Virus record (IMG/VR): IMGVR_UViG_3300005826_000294
Span: 237,684-301,683 of that record
Length of the DNA stretch: 64,000 nt
Reading direction: 5' to 3' (one strand)
Under the pieces are notes generated by a model, which saw nothing but the letters and a program-made list of their open reading frames with translations, did not search any database and was not told where the DNA came from. Positions 51,147 through 60,509 of the stretch are shown piece by piece. A program made the position numbers and the translations under genes. Numbering within the stretch: the first letter of the stretch is position 1; each line of letters opens with the position of its first letter.

Positions 51147-54100
51147 ATGAAAAGACATGATTATATAAAATCTATTTTTAGTCAAGTAGTTCTTGAAGAT
51201 TTAATTATCTCTTTATCCTCAGATAAAGAAATGACTAATGAAGAAATAGAAGAACTTAAAAAAAATATTCGTGAAATGCAAGAAGAGCAACTTAAACTTA
51301 AAAAAGAACAAGAAGAATTTGATCTTGGAGAATCAGATGAGGTGTTTGATGAAGAAACACCAGAAAAACCACAGGAACAACAGGAACCAGAAGAAATAGT
51401 CCCAGATGAAGAAAAAATAGAAATGCCTGGGCAATTAGAAAAAGGTCAACTTGAATGGGCTGAAACTGGTGCTGGTGTCGGTGCTCTTAAAAAATATTCT
51501 CCAAATGCTGTCCTAGCAAAAGTATGTCCTGTTTGTACTTTTGAAAATAGACCTATCTATGTAAAAGAATGCTCAAATTGTAAAAAAATATATCAAAATA
51601 TAAAAAGATTTTATAATAATAAGAAAAGACAAAATAAAAACTATACTCCCGAAATGGCGTTTGAAGAACTTGCTCCTCGTTACAGATATGTTGGACCACG
51701 TGCTTTAAGAGAGATTTTTGAAACAAAAGGAATAACAAAACTTAATGAAATTAACGAGATAAACTCTTCTCCTCGTAAAGAATTAGATGATATGTTATGG
51801 TATAGATTAAATGTTAAAAAAGATCCAAAAACAAATGAACCTATACTTGATAATAAAGGAATGCCTATCCCTCTTGATAATAAAAAATATTTTTCTACCG
51901 AAGAAATGACTGAAGCACTACATATCTCTCCAGAAAAATTAAGAGAAATGGTGGCTAAATATAATGGAAATATAATTCAAAGTCTTCCAGAAAATATACA
52001 AAAAACTATTAGAAAAGATGAAAATGGAGAAATACTACCATCTTCAGCAAGACAACTGTCCCAATATGGTTTTATAGCACCTGCAGTCGTTATGGGAACT
52101 GGAATGGCTGATGTTCGTCGTCGTTTAACACATGATCAAGAAGAAAAACTTTCTCCAGAACAAGTAGAAGGTTTAAAAGGATCAGACTTTAAGAGTGTTG
52201 ATATTGCTGCTTGGGATTGGGATAAACTAAAAACTGTATTTGGTTGGGATGAAAAAACCCAATCATTTAATCATGGTTGGATGAAATATCTGCGAGAAGA
52301 ATTTCTTCCAGCAATTGAAAAAGATAAATTGGAACGTAAAATAGGATCTCTTCAAAGAGTTGTCGATAAATATAAGCGTATTGCTCAATCACAAGAAGAA
52401 GATTGGGACAATATTTGGCATTCCCCTAAAAATATTGGAGCCAGACTTCATGGTTATTTAGAAAAACATGGAATGACCGTAAAACAATTTAAAAAAGAAT
52501 GGGAAGATGAATATGATAATGAATATAAACCAGAATATAAAAAAGTTATTAGAAAGAAAAAATTCGATGCCCAATTAGAAAAAACTCATCCAGAAATTCT
52601 ACAAACTCTTCGTAAATATGATGAAAGAGAAGAACCTATTGGATATGAGGAACGTAAGGGATTAATTGAAGGTATTGCCTCAGCCCTTAATGTTGATCCA
52701 GAAAAAATAGAAGCACATTTTGATCTTAGAGATGATGCCGATCAAATAGAAAAAGAAAGTGCTCCAGAATTAGAATTTATGAGATTTCTAGAAGCAAATC
52801 CAAAAGAAACCAGACAGAGTCTTAAAAAATTCCGAGGTCGCTTAAAAAGATTAAGCAATATATATGCTAAAAAAATGGAAGCTGCCAAACAATTTAAAAC
52901 AAAAGCAGAAAAATTAGAAGAAAAACTTCCAGAATTAAAGATAGAACTAGAAGAAATAAATACTCTTCCAGAAAACTTTGATCTAGCAGAATCTCTTAGA
53001 AAATATCAAGAATCAGAGGGTTTCAAAGATGTAGATCCAGAAACAGAAAAAGATCTAGAACAAGCAGAAGCTGAAATAGCAAAAGAACATCCAACTCCAC
53101 AACCAAAAAGTCCAGAACAAATAAATGAAAAAACAAGTTCTAGATTAAGTTATATTACTCGTTTAGCAGTTGGAGGACAACTTGGTTTATTCGGTCCAGA
53201 ACCAGAGGAAAAAAAAGAGGAAAAAAAAGAAATAGACCCTCATGATGTCTCCGTATGGATGAACCCACCTAAAAAAAAATTCTCTAGAGAACCAAATACA
53301 AAATATTCTAAAGTTGTGTCTTGGTTAAATAATTCAACTAATCAAATTGAAAACCAAGAAAGTCCGTTTACTTTTCAAGGCCCAGAAACATTAGAAAAAG
53401 CTTTAACTAATGATGTGAAAAATAATGAATACAACAATTTAGGAGTTATTCCTGGTGATGAACTATTTGTAACCCTTACTGATCCAAATAATTTACAACA
53501 AGTATATAAATTTATGCTTGATGATAATAATGATATTATCTATAAGGGAGCCGTTCATCGTGTTGGAGATATTATTCCCATTCCAGAAACCGAAGAACTT
53601 CCTGAACCAGAAGTTAATCAACAAGAAAAAGCTGAAGAAGCTCCTGTCGAAAATTTTGGTAAAATAAAAGGTAAATATTTTGTATTTTTCGAGTGGAACC
53701 CAGATTATCCAGGACAACCAAATTCATATAAAGCATTTTTTAAGTATACTCCATCAAAAAATACAGATTTTGAAGAACTTCTCCAATCAAAAATCGGCAA
53801 AAGATTTGGACCAAAACTTATCCAATTAATGAAGAGTGATGATGTAGAAGATAAAACATCTAAAAAGTATATCCATATTACCGTTATTGAACCAGAAACA
53901 GAAAGACGTAGAAGATTTGGAGCAACAATTAATAAAGACACAGGATATATAAGATGGATAGGAACAGGTGGTGTCGTAAAACGTAAAGAAAAAGAACGAC
54001 GACTTAATTTAGAACAATATAAAGATCTTAAAAAAGAAGTAAATCTCGGTATTACAAAACTAGAAGATATTAAATTAGTAGGAGATAATGATCTTGAATT

Positions 54101-55328
54101 AACACAAAAAGAAAAAGGCGGAACCTATGTTAAACCAAAAACTCCACCCAAACCAGTCACCGATGAAGAACGAAGATTAAGATTAGAAAGAGAACATAAA
54201 AGAAAACTGCGTAAAGAAAAATTACAAAAAGAAGAAAATCCTACTTTTGAAGAAGAAGAAGAAGAAACTATATTTCCTGGAATGAAAGAAAGAACTGAGA
54301 CTCCAGAAGGAACTCCAGAATCAGAAGCTCCTATTAGAAAAGTAGTCATCAAACGCAGTTTTTTCAAGGAAATAATGTCTATTCCTGTTAAAAATCCTGC
54401 AACAAATCGTCCAGAAGTAAATAATTCTGGTAAAATAATTAAGAAAAAGAAAGAAATCATTATTCCTCAAGTTGAAAGTACATTAGTAACCATTAGAGTA
54501 AAAAACAATGGAGAACCTGCTTATGCTTCTGCCGAAAAAATAGGAGTATCTTTTAAAAATACAGGAGAAACTTACGAAAAAAGAGCATACCCAAAAATCT
54601 TCAAAAATGTTCGCACAGAAATTGACAAAGAAAACCCAAATATGAGAAAAGAAAAACTCTGGGACGAACGAAGAACTTTAATGGAAAATAAATATATTGA
54701 AAATGTTAAAAAACTTGAAGGAGAAAATGCTAAACCGTTTATTAAAGCAAGGAAACAAGAACCATATGTAACAGAACATTCTGCTGATATGAGTGCAAGA
54801 CCTCACGATAAATGTCCTCCTGTGCATGCTCCTTTTAAAACAGCATGCCCAGAAATTAAAGCTGCTTTAGCTTCGTTAAAAGGTGAAGCAATTCCAAAAT
54901 ATTATGAAGTATATGATTGGGACACAATTAAAAGAAAACCAGGATTAGAAACATCACAAGAAAAAGCAGAAAGAAGAAGACGACATGATGTAACAGACTT
55001 CTTTGCGGATGATAAAACAGCAAATAATAAATATAATTTACAAAAAATATCTGCTGAATATCAAGGTAAAAATGTAACCCTAAATGATCCTATTAGAAAT
55101 CCTCCGGGAAGTAAAAAGAAATTTCATGTATTTGTAAAAGATAAGTCAAATAATATTAAGAAAGTTCAGTTTGGCGATCCAAATATGGAAATTAAACGGG
55201 ATGACCCAGAAAGAAGAAGATCATTTAGAGCAAGACATAAATGTGATAGTGAAGAAGCAAAAGATAAAACAAAAGGTAAATATTGGTCTTGCTATCAATG
55301 GAGAGCAAATAAAAAAGTAGATGACTAA
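51147..55328 (+). CDS. 1393-aa charged protein; only long plus-strand gene; C-terminal ~90-aa basic domain
   Basis: Acidic N-terminus, CPVC..CSNC, K/E-rich coils; SD GGGAG; C-terminal AEYQGKNV...FGDPNMEIKRDDPERRRSFRARHKC...YWSC. Confidence 0.85.
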   Translation: MKRHDYIKSIFSQVVLEDLIISLSSDKEMTNEEIEELKKNIREMQEEQLKLKKEQEEFDLGESDEVFDEETPEKPQEQQEPEEIVPDEEKIEMPGQLEKGQLEWAETGAGVGALKKYSPNAVLAKVCPVCTFENRPIYVKECSNCKKIYQNIKRFYNNKKRQNKNYTPEMAFEELAPRYRYVGPRALREIFETKGITKLNEINEINSSPRKELDDMLWYRLNVKKDPKTNEPILDNKGMPIPLDNKKYFSTEEMTEALHISPEKLREMVAKYNGNIIQSLPENIQKTIRKDENGEILPSSARQLSQYGFIAPAVVMGTGMADVRRRLTHDQEEKLSPEQVEGLKGSDFKSVDIAAWDWDKLKTVFGWDEKTQSFNHGWMKYLREEFLPAIEKDKLERKIGSLQRVVDKYKRIAQSQEEDWDNIWHSPKNIGARLHGYLEKHGMTVKQFKKEWEDEYDNEYKPEYKKVIRKKKFDAQLEKTHPEILQTLRKYDEREEPIGYEERKGLIEGIASALNVDPEKIEAHFDLRDDADQIEKESAPELEFMRFLEANPKETRQSLKKFRGRLKRLSNIYAKKMEAAKQFKTKAEKLEEKLPELKIELEEINTLPENFDLAESLRKYQESEGFKDVDPETEKDLEQAEAEIAKEHPTPQPKSPEQINEKTSSRLSYITRLAVGGQLGLFGPEPEEKKEEKKEIDPHDVSVWMNPPKKKFSREPNTKYSKVVSWLNNSTNQIENQESPFTFQGPETLEKALTNDVKNNEYNNLGVIPGDELFVTLTDPNNLQQVYKFMLDDNNDIIYKGAVHRVGDIIPIPETEELPEPEVNQQEKAEEAPVENFGKIKGKYFVFFEWNPDYPGQPNSYKAFFKYTPSKNTDFEELLQSKIGKRFGPKLIQLMKSDDVEDKTSKKYIHITVIEPETERRRRFGATINKDTGYIRWIGTGGVVKRKEKERRLNLEQYKDLKKEVNLGITKLEDIKLVGDNDLELTQKEKGGTYVKPKTPPKPVTDEERRLRLEREHKRKLRKEKLQKEENPTFEEEEEETIFPGMKERTETPEGTPESEAPIRKVVIKRSFFKEIMSIPVKNPATNRPEVNNSGKIIKKKKEIIIPQVESTLVTIRVKNNGEPAYASAEKIGVSFKNTGETYEKRAYPKIFKNVRTEIDKENPNMRKEKLWDERRTLMENKYIENVKKLEGENAKPFIKARKQEPYVTEHSADMSARPHDKCPPVHAPFKTACPEIKAALASLKGEAIPKYYEVYDWDTIKRKPGLETSQEKAERRRRHDVTDFFADDKTANNKYNLQKISAEYQGKNVTLNDPIRNPPGSKKKFHVFVKDKSNNIKKVQFGDPNMEIKRDDPERRRSFRARHKCDSEEAKDKTKGKYWSCYQWRANKKVDD

Positions 55329-55358
55329 TAATTCAATAACTTTTCTTCCTAACTATAA

Positions 55359-55844
55359 TTATCCTATTTCAATTAATTGACGATTACCTTCTTTCCATTC
55401 ATTATAATATTTTAATGAAGATAAACAAGTTGATATTAACTTGGGATGTAATTCTTTATCATTTATATCAACCCAATTAGCAGATAAAGCATCATCATTT
55501 GCTTTTGGTTCTTTTTCATCATTAATTTTCATAACAACATTAATAATAACAACATGCCAACGTGGATCTGAATCAGGAGAAGATATTATATTAAGAATAC
55601 CAATAGGATTTGCTGATATTCCTGTCTCTTCATATACTTCTCTAATTGCTGTTTCATCAATCGTTTCTCCTAATTCCATCATACCTCCAGGCCAAGCAAA
55701 CCCATAAGGAGGGTATTTTCTCTTAATTATAAGAAGTTTATTATTAGGTGATTCAACAATACCTACGACAGCAACTTTTGGAGTAACTATCTTATTCTTC
55801 CATTCATTTTCGGGTATTCTAGAACTAAAATTGAAGTGTATCAT
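55359..55844 (-). CDS. Nudix hydrolase
   Basis: Nudix box GGMMELGETIDETAIREVYEETG. Confidence 0.9.
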   Translation of the reverse strand: MIHFNFSSRIPENEWKNKIVTPKVAVVGIVESPNNKLLIIKRKYPPYGFAWPGGMMELGETIDETAIREVYEETGISANPIGILNIISSPDSDPRWHVVIINVVMKINDEKEPKANDDALSANWVDINDKELHPKLISTCLSSLKYYNEWKEGNRQLIEIG

Positions 55845-55903
55845 TAGAACCTCTATAGAAGATTATATAATATATAAATATTTCTCCTTGACGTTCAATT
55901 ACT

Positions 55904-55932
55904 AACTTAAATTACGAAATCAAAAGCGTCAA
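55904..55932 (-). promoter_or_regulatory. Candidate sigma70-type promoter for the Nudix gene
   Basis: Minus strand TTGACG-N17-TAAGTT in the intergenic gap. Confidence 0.4.
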
Positions 55933-55946
55933 GAAAAAATTAAAAA

Positions 55947-56465
55947 TTATTTTAAGTAGCAGAAATCTTTCCACATTTCGGGAATTTCTTTTCTTGAAAG
56001 GGTTTTTGAGAAAATCGGGATCCAATCAGGAATTGTAGGCTGTTTTCTTAATCTCATTCCAGCTTCCTGAGGTGTTCTATTACCTTTCTTGCTATTACAT
56101 TCAGAACAACAAGTTATAATATTCAACCAAGTAGTCTTTCCGCCTTTTGATCGTGGAATTAAATGATCAAATGTAAGTTCATTAGTATTAAATGGTTGGT
56201 GGCAATATTGACAATGCCAACTATCTCTCGCTAGAACATTTAGTTTATTGAACTTTACTTTTTTACGAGGTCTGCGGAAAGTATTTAGAAGCCTAATAAC
56301 TGCTGGCATTTTAAATATAAGAAATTTTGAACGAATACTCTTATCATATTCCCTAAGTATCTCTACTTTGTTTAAAATTACTAGACGAATTGCTTTTTGC
56401 CAACTAAGTATAGATATAGGCTCATATGATTGGTTCAACAACAAAACTCTTTCCATAAAAACCAC
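55947..56465 (-). CDS. HNH endonuclease
   Basis: VLLLNQSYEP N-terminus; CQYC, TFDHLIPRSKGG, CSECNSKKG. Confidence 0.9.
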   Translation of the reverse strand: MVFMERVLLLNQSYEPISILSWQKAIRLVILNKVEILREYDKSIRSKFLIFKMPAVIRLLNTFRRPRKKVKFNKLNVLARDSWHCQYCHQPFNTNELTFDHLIPRSKGGKTTWLNIITCCSECNSKKGNRTPQEAGMRLRKQPTIPDWIPIFSKTLSRKEIPEMWKDFCYLK

Positions 56466-56512
56466 CTTCTATTTTAACTGATAAATCTCCTTATAATACT
56501 TTATTATTAGTA

Positions 56513-57856
56513 TTACTTAAATTTTGGAAGAACAGGATAATTACCAGAAAAACAAGCATCACAATAACAATTCATACGATTTTCATCAATCCCAGATTTC
56601 ATTCCATTAAGACTTATATATTCTAATGAATCTGCTTCTATATATATTTTTATTTCTTCTTTGAGTTTACTATTAGCAATTAATTCATTTTTACTAGGAA
56701 TATCAATTCCGTAATAACAAGGAAACTTTACAGGAGGAGAACTTATTCTTAAATGAACCTCTTTTGCCCCAACATCTCTTAACATAGAAACAATCTTTTT
56801 AGAAGTTGTTCCACGAACTAATGAATCATCTACTACAACAACTCTCTTATTCTTAATTAAACTATAAACTGGTGAAAGTTTTAATCTAACCTTTAAACCA
56901 CGAGTAGATTTCTCTGGTTCAATAAATGTTCTTCCAATATAATGGTTCCTAACCAATCCCATTCCAAATGGAATTTTTGATTCCTCAGAATAACCAAGAG
57001 CAGATGTAGTCCCAGAATCTGGAACAGAAATAATAATATCTGCTGGAACAAAATGCTCTTTTGCTAATATTTGACCTAATTTATATCTTGATTCATATAC
57101 ACTAAATGGACCAAGTTGTGAGTCTGGTCTGGCAAAATATACATGCTCAAATATACAAAACTTTGGAGTAATTGATTTATTAGAATGAAATTCTACTCCA
57201 TCTTTATTTACTACAACAATTTCTCCAGGTTTTATTGATCTAATAAGTTTAGCTCCTATAAGATCAAATGCTGATGTTTCAGAAGAAAATATCCATGAAT
57301 TAGAAAGTTTCCCAATACTAAGTGGTCTGAAACCATGAGGATCTCTAATAGCAATCATTTCATTTTCGGTCATAAATAATAATGAATATGCTCCTTTAAT
57401 GCGATCCATTATATTTATAACTCTATCTAAGATATTTAATTTACTATTAGCAAATAAATGAACTATAACTTCTCCATCCACAGAAGAAAAAAATAAAGCT
57501 CCATTTCCTTCTAATTCTTCCCTAAGTTCTCTAAAATTAACGAGATTTCCATTATGTGCTAAGGAAAATTGACCATTAGAATAATCAACCATAAATGGCT
57601 GAGCATTTGATCTATTTGACTCTCCTGCTGTTGAATATCTAACATGTCCAATTGCCATTGTTCCTTTAAGATTATTTATAGATGATTTATTGAATACATT
57701 CGTCACCAATCCCATATTATTATATGAATATAATTGATTTTTATCACTAGAAACAATTCCGGCACTTTCTTGACCACGATGTTGTAATGCTTGTAATCCT
57801 AAATATACTATATTAGCGGCTTCAGGATGATCGTAAATTCCAAAAATTCCGCACAT
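56513..57856 (-). CDS. purF: Amidophosphoribosyltransferase (Fe-S type)
   Basis: N-terminal catalytic MCGIFG, QHRGQES, GHVRYST, HNGNL, VDDSLVRGTT; Fe-S cysteines FCIFE, PCYYG, CDAC. Confidence 0.96.
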   Translation of the reverse strand: MCGIFGIYDHPEAANIVYLGLQALQHRGQESAGIVSSDKNQLYSYNNMGLVTNVFNKSSINNLKGTMAIGHVRYSTAGESNRSNAQPFMVDYSNGQFSLAHNGNLVNFRELREELEGNGALFFSSVDGEVIVHLFANSKLNILDRVINIMDRIKGAYSLLFMTENEMIAIRDPHGFRPLSIGKLSNSWIFSSETSAFDLIGAKLIRSIKPGEIVVVNKDGVEFHSNKSITPKFCIFEHVYFARPDSQLGPFSVYESRYKLGQILAKEHFVPADIIISVPDSGTTSALGYSEESKIPFGMGLVRNHYIGRTFIEPEKSTRGLKVRLKLSPVYSLIKNKRVVVVDDSLVRGTTSKKIVSMLRDVGAKEVHLRISSPPVKFPCYYGIDIPSKNELIANSKLKEEIKIYIEADSLEYISLNGMKSGIDENRMNCYCDACFSGNYPVLPKFK

Positions 57857-57866
57857 TTAAGCTCCT

Positions 57867-58061
57867 TTAAATTAAGTTTATATTTTTTACAAAGTCATAT
57901 AGTCTATCCCTTGCTTCTTCCGCAATAGATACTGGGTTTGGTGGTTTATCTATAATTCCAAATAAAAAATCTTTATATCCTTGTTTTTCAATATCCTTCA
58001 TAAGAAGTTTATAATATTCTTTAAATAAAAAATTAATTTGTTGTTCAATTTCATTAATCAT
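57867..58061 (-). CDS. Hypothetical protein
   Basis: 64-aa ORF between tmRNA and purF. Confidence 0.5.
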   Translation of the reverse strand: MINEIEQQINFLFKEYYKLLMKDIEKQGYKDFLFGIIDKPPNPVSIAEEARDRLYDFVKNINLI

Positions 58062-58080
58062 TAATTTGCTCCATATAATT

Positions 58081-58426
58081 TGGTGGAGATGCCGGGCATC
58101 GACTCCCGGGTCCAGACTTGATCAAATAAAGACATTTACAGGTTTAGCCAGCGTTTATAGCAACTTTTAAGCCCACTGGCAGGCTCGCAGTTGCTTGTTG
58201 CTCTATATCTCGCTTATAATCCGAACAACAAAATTATAAACCAACCTATTCATCGGCGCCTCTCTCAATCATCATAGGTAGGAGTTTTGAGGAGACGGGC
58301 TGCTAGGCAGCCATTGCGTATTCTTGTTCGCCAACTATTGTTTTGCCTAAGCTTTTAAAGAGTTCATAGACACACTCTACATGAAGTCTTTACCCAATTC
58401 AAACCTGTCGAATCCAATTCATCCCC
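58081..58426 (-). ncRNA. ssrA: tmRNA, tag peptide (A)GEQEYAMAA
   Basis: 5' GGGGAUG...GGAUUCGAC and 3' CAUCUCC-ACCA form the acceptor stem with the G3-U alanine determinant. Helix 2 CAGGUUUGA/UCAAGUCUG; pk1-like UUCAU/AUGAA plus AGAG/CUCU. AUAGUU precedes the resume codon; tag ORF 58332-58303. Confidence 0.95.
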
Positions 58427-58432
58427 AATATT

Positions 58433-59395
58433 TTATACTAATAACTCTACACATTCAGGCATCATATTTTCAAAAATATTTCTTCCATATGGAACCATAT
58501 TTAACTTTTTAAAATGAGTAATTAATGTTACAGATGAAGAATGACTTTCTATTATTGAATTTCTTATTTCATTACGTAAAATATCTCTTGTAAAATAAAT
58601 TATATCATCTGATAAATTAATCGAATCCAGTTCCTTTACCATACTATGATTAGAAGAAAGAATTATTCTATGTGAAAATCGTTCTGAAGTATCCCAAGAA
58701 ATAAATTTATTAAATTTTCCTATTAAAGAAGATGCTTTTTTAAGTTCCTTTATAGAAAACCATAATAATAATTTCTTTTGTTTTAAACTGCTTCTATATA
58801 TTGTTCCAGTTCTATCCAATCTATTAATTACCCAATGTGGAGTAAAAAATAAAGTTGAAATGAAACCTAAAAATAATTGAGGAGATCCTGTTTTGCTACA
58901 ATAAATAGATCCAACTTTAAGATCTTTATTTAAAATAATACTTAATCCATGATAATTAGATTTAAAACTATTATATAATTGAGAATTTGTTCGTATTAAC
59001 TTCATTTGACTATGATTCAAAAACCAAACAAAATCTCCATTTATTTTACCACCAATATCTATTCCACAATTATATATTATATCTAAAAGAACATCTTCTC
59101 GTAAATCTACAAGATAATTAGGAGGATATATAACTTTATATGCTCTACCTCCTCCAATTCTTTTATCAAGTCCCACTATTCTTAAATTAGATATAGGTTC
59201 ATTTTCTATTATAAAAGATGATCCTGTTTGCCATTTTTTAGCAGTTTTAATAAATCTATCACTATCTGCTGGTACGATAAATACTGGAATTACTTCTACC
59301 GGTTTTTCTTCTGGTTTTAATATAACTGTTTTAGTATTTTCTTTTAAAATAATGAATAGTTTTTCTGGAATACATATTAATTTCCTATCTCCCAT
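58433..59395 (-). CDS. Hypothetical protein
   Basis: 320-aa ORF. Confidence 0.7.
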   Translation of the reverse strand: MGDRKLICIPEKLFIILKENTKTVILKPEEKPVEVIPVFIVPADSDRFIKTAKKWQTGSSFIIENEPISNLRIVGLDKRIGGGRAYKVIYPPNYLVDLREDVLLDIIYNCGIDIGGKINGDFVWFLNHSQMKLIRTNSQLYNSFKSNYHGLSIILNKDLKVGSIYCSKTGSPQLFLGFISTLFFTPHWVINRLDRTGTIYRSSLKQKKLLLWFSIKELKKASSLIGKFNKFISWDTSERFSHRIILSSNHSMVKELDSINLSDDIIYFTRDILRNEIRNSIIESHSSSVTLITHFKKLNMVPYGRNIFENMMPECVELLV

Positions 59396-59934
59396 CGTAT
59401 AAACCTTTTTATTCTACATGATTCATTAACTTTATTAATCAATTCCGCCAAAAGTTCTTTTATAATTTTAGAATTATCTTTTATATATGTCTGTTCTAAT
59501 AAACAAACCTCAGAAAACCATTGAACTAATTCCGCTTCAGGATTTGAATTATTTGATCGCCTATCATATTCCTTTAAATAATCTTCTTCTGGAACATCAT
59601 CTCGTGATATATATTTTGGTTTCATTGATGCTATTTGTAAAGCAATCTCTCTCGCAAATCTTTGGAACTCTTCAGTTTTGGCAACAAAATCCGTATCACA
59701 ATGAAGTTCTACGAGAACTCCAATTCTATTTCCTGGATGAATATAAGAATGAACAATACCAATCTCAGATTCATTTGTTGGAGCAGAATTAATTATTCTT
59801 AATCCTCTCTTCATTAAAATATTTTCCGCTTCTTTTATGTCCTGATTTGCTTCTTTCAATGCTTTTTTACATTCAGCATAACTCGCTTGGGTTATTTTTC
59901 TTAAATTTTTAATATTTTCTATATTCATTCTCAT
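59377..59934 (-). CDS. tsf: Elongation factor Ts (short form)
   Basis: IKNLR...ECKKAL, GIVHSYIH, ELHCDTDFVAK, LLEQTYIKD, RFIRWEIG. Confidence 0.93.
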   Translation of the reverse strand: MRMNIENIKNLRKITQASYAECKKALKEANQDIKEAENILMKRGLRIINSAPTNESEIGIVHSYIHPGNRIGVLVELHCDTDFVAKTEEFQRFAREIALQIASMKPKYISRDDVPEEDYLKEYDRRSNNSNPEAELVQWFSEVCLLEQTYIKDNSKIIKELLAELINKVNESCRIKRFIRWEIGN

Positions 59935-59939
59935 TTCCT

Positions 59940-60509
59940 TTAATTAATTATATTTAAATCTTTTTGAATAACAATTGTACCATATGGTTTAGCATTTTTT
60001 TCAAGATGAATATTAACTAACTCCCAAACAGCTTTTAATTGGGTTAAATAAATTGCTCTTCCTGCTACTCTAAAATGATATCTACTTTTTACATGATCGA
60101 CGCCTACAAGTAGAGTAGTATGATTTGGACCAACTTCATCCGCAAATGAAACAATTGAATTGGCAATAGGTGCCTCCACACCATTCTTCGCCATCTCAGA
60201 ATATATAGCAATACTATCAATTAACTCTTCATCATATCCACTAAAATATTCTATGGATTTATTTACTTTATCAATCAATTCTTTATGAGAATTTAATACT
60301 TCTATTTTTCCTTTTAATACTTCTATTTTGATTTTAATATATAATCTACTTATTATATATAATAAAATTCCAGATAAAATCCATCCAGAAAAACATAATC
60401 CTTTAATTAATATAGGAGAATAAATAAAATCTATCAAACAAAAACCAGTGAAAAATCCAACAACTGGCAAAAATAATAAATACCAAAATTTATGTATAAA
60501 TTTTCTCAT
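59940..60509 (-). CDS. Hypothetical membrane protein (two N-terminal TM helices)
   Basis: Two hydrophobic stretches followed by a coiled coil. Confidence 0.65.
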   Translation of the reverse strand: MRKFIHKFWYLLFLPVVGFFTGFCLIDFIYSPILIKGLCFSGWILSGILLYIISRLYIKIKIEVLKGKIEVLNSHKELIDKVNKSIEYFSGYDEELIDSIAIYSEMAKNGVEAPIANSIVSFADEVGPNHTTLLVGVDHVKSRYHFRVAGRAIYLTQLKAVWELVNIHLEKNAKPYGTIVIQKDLNIIN

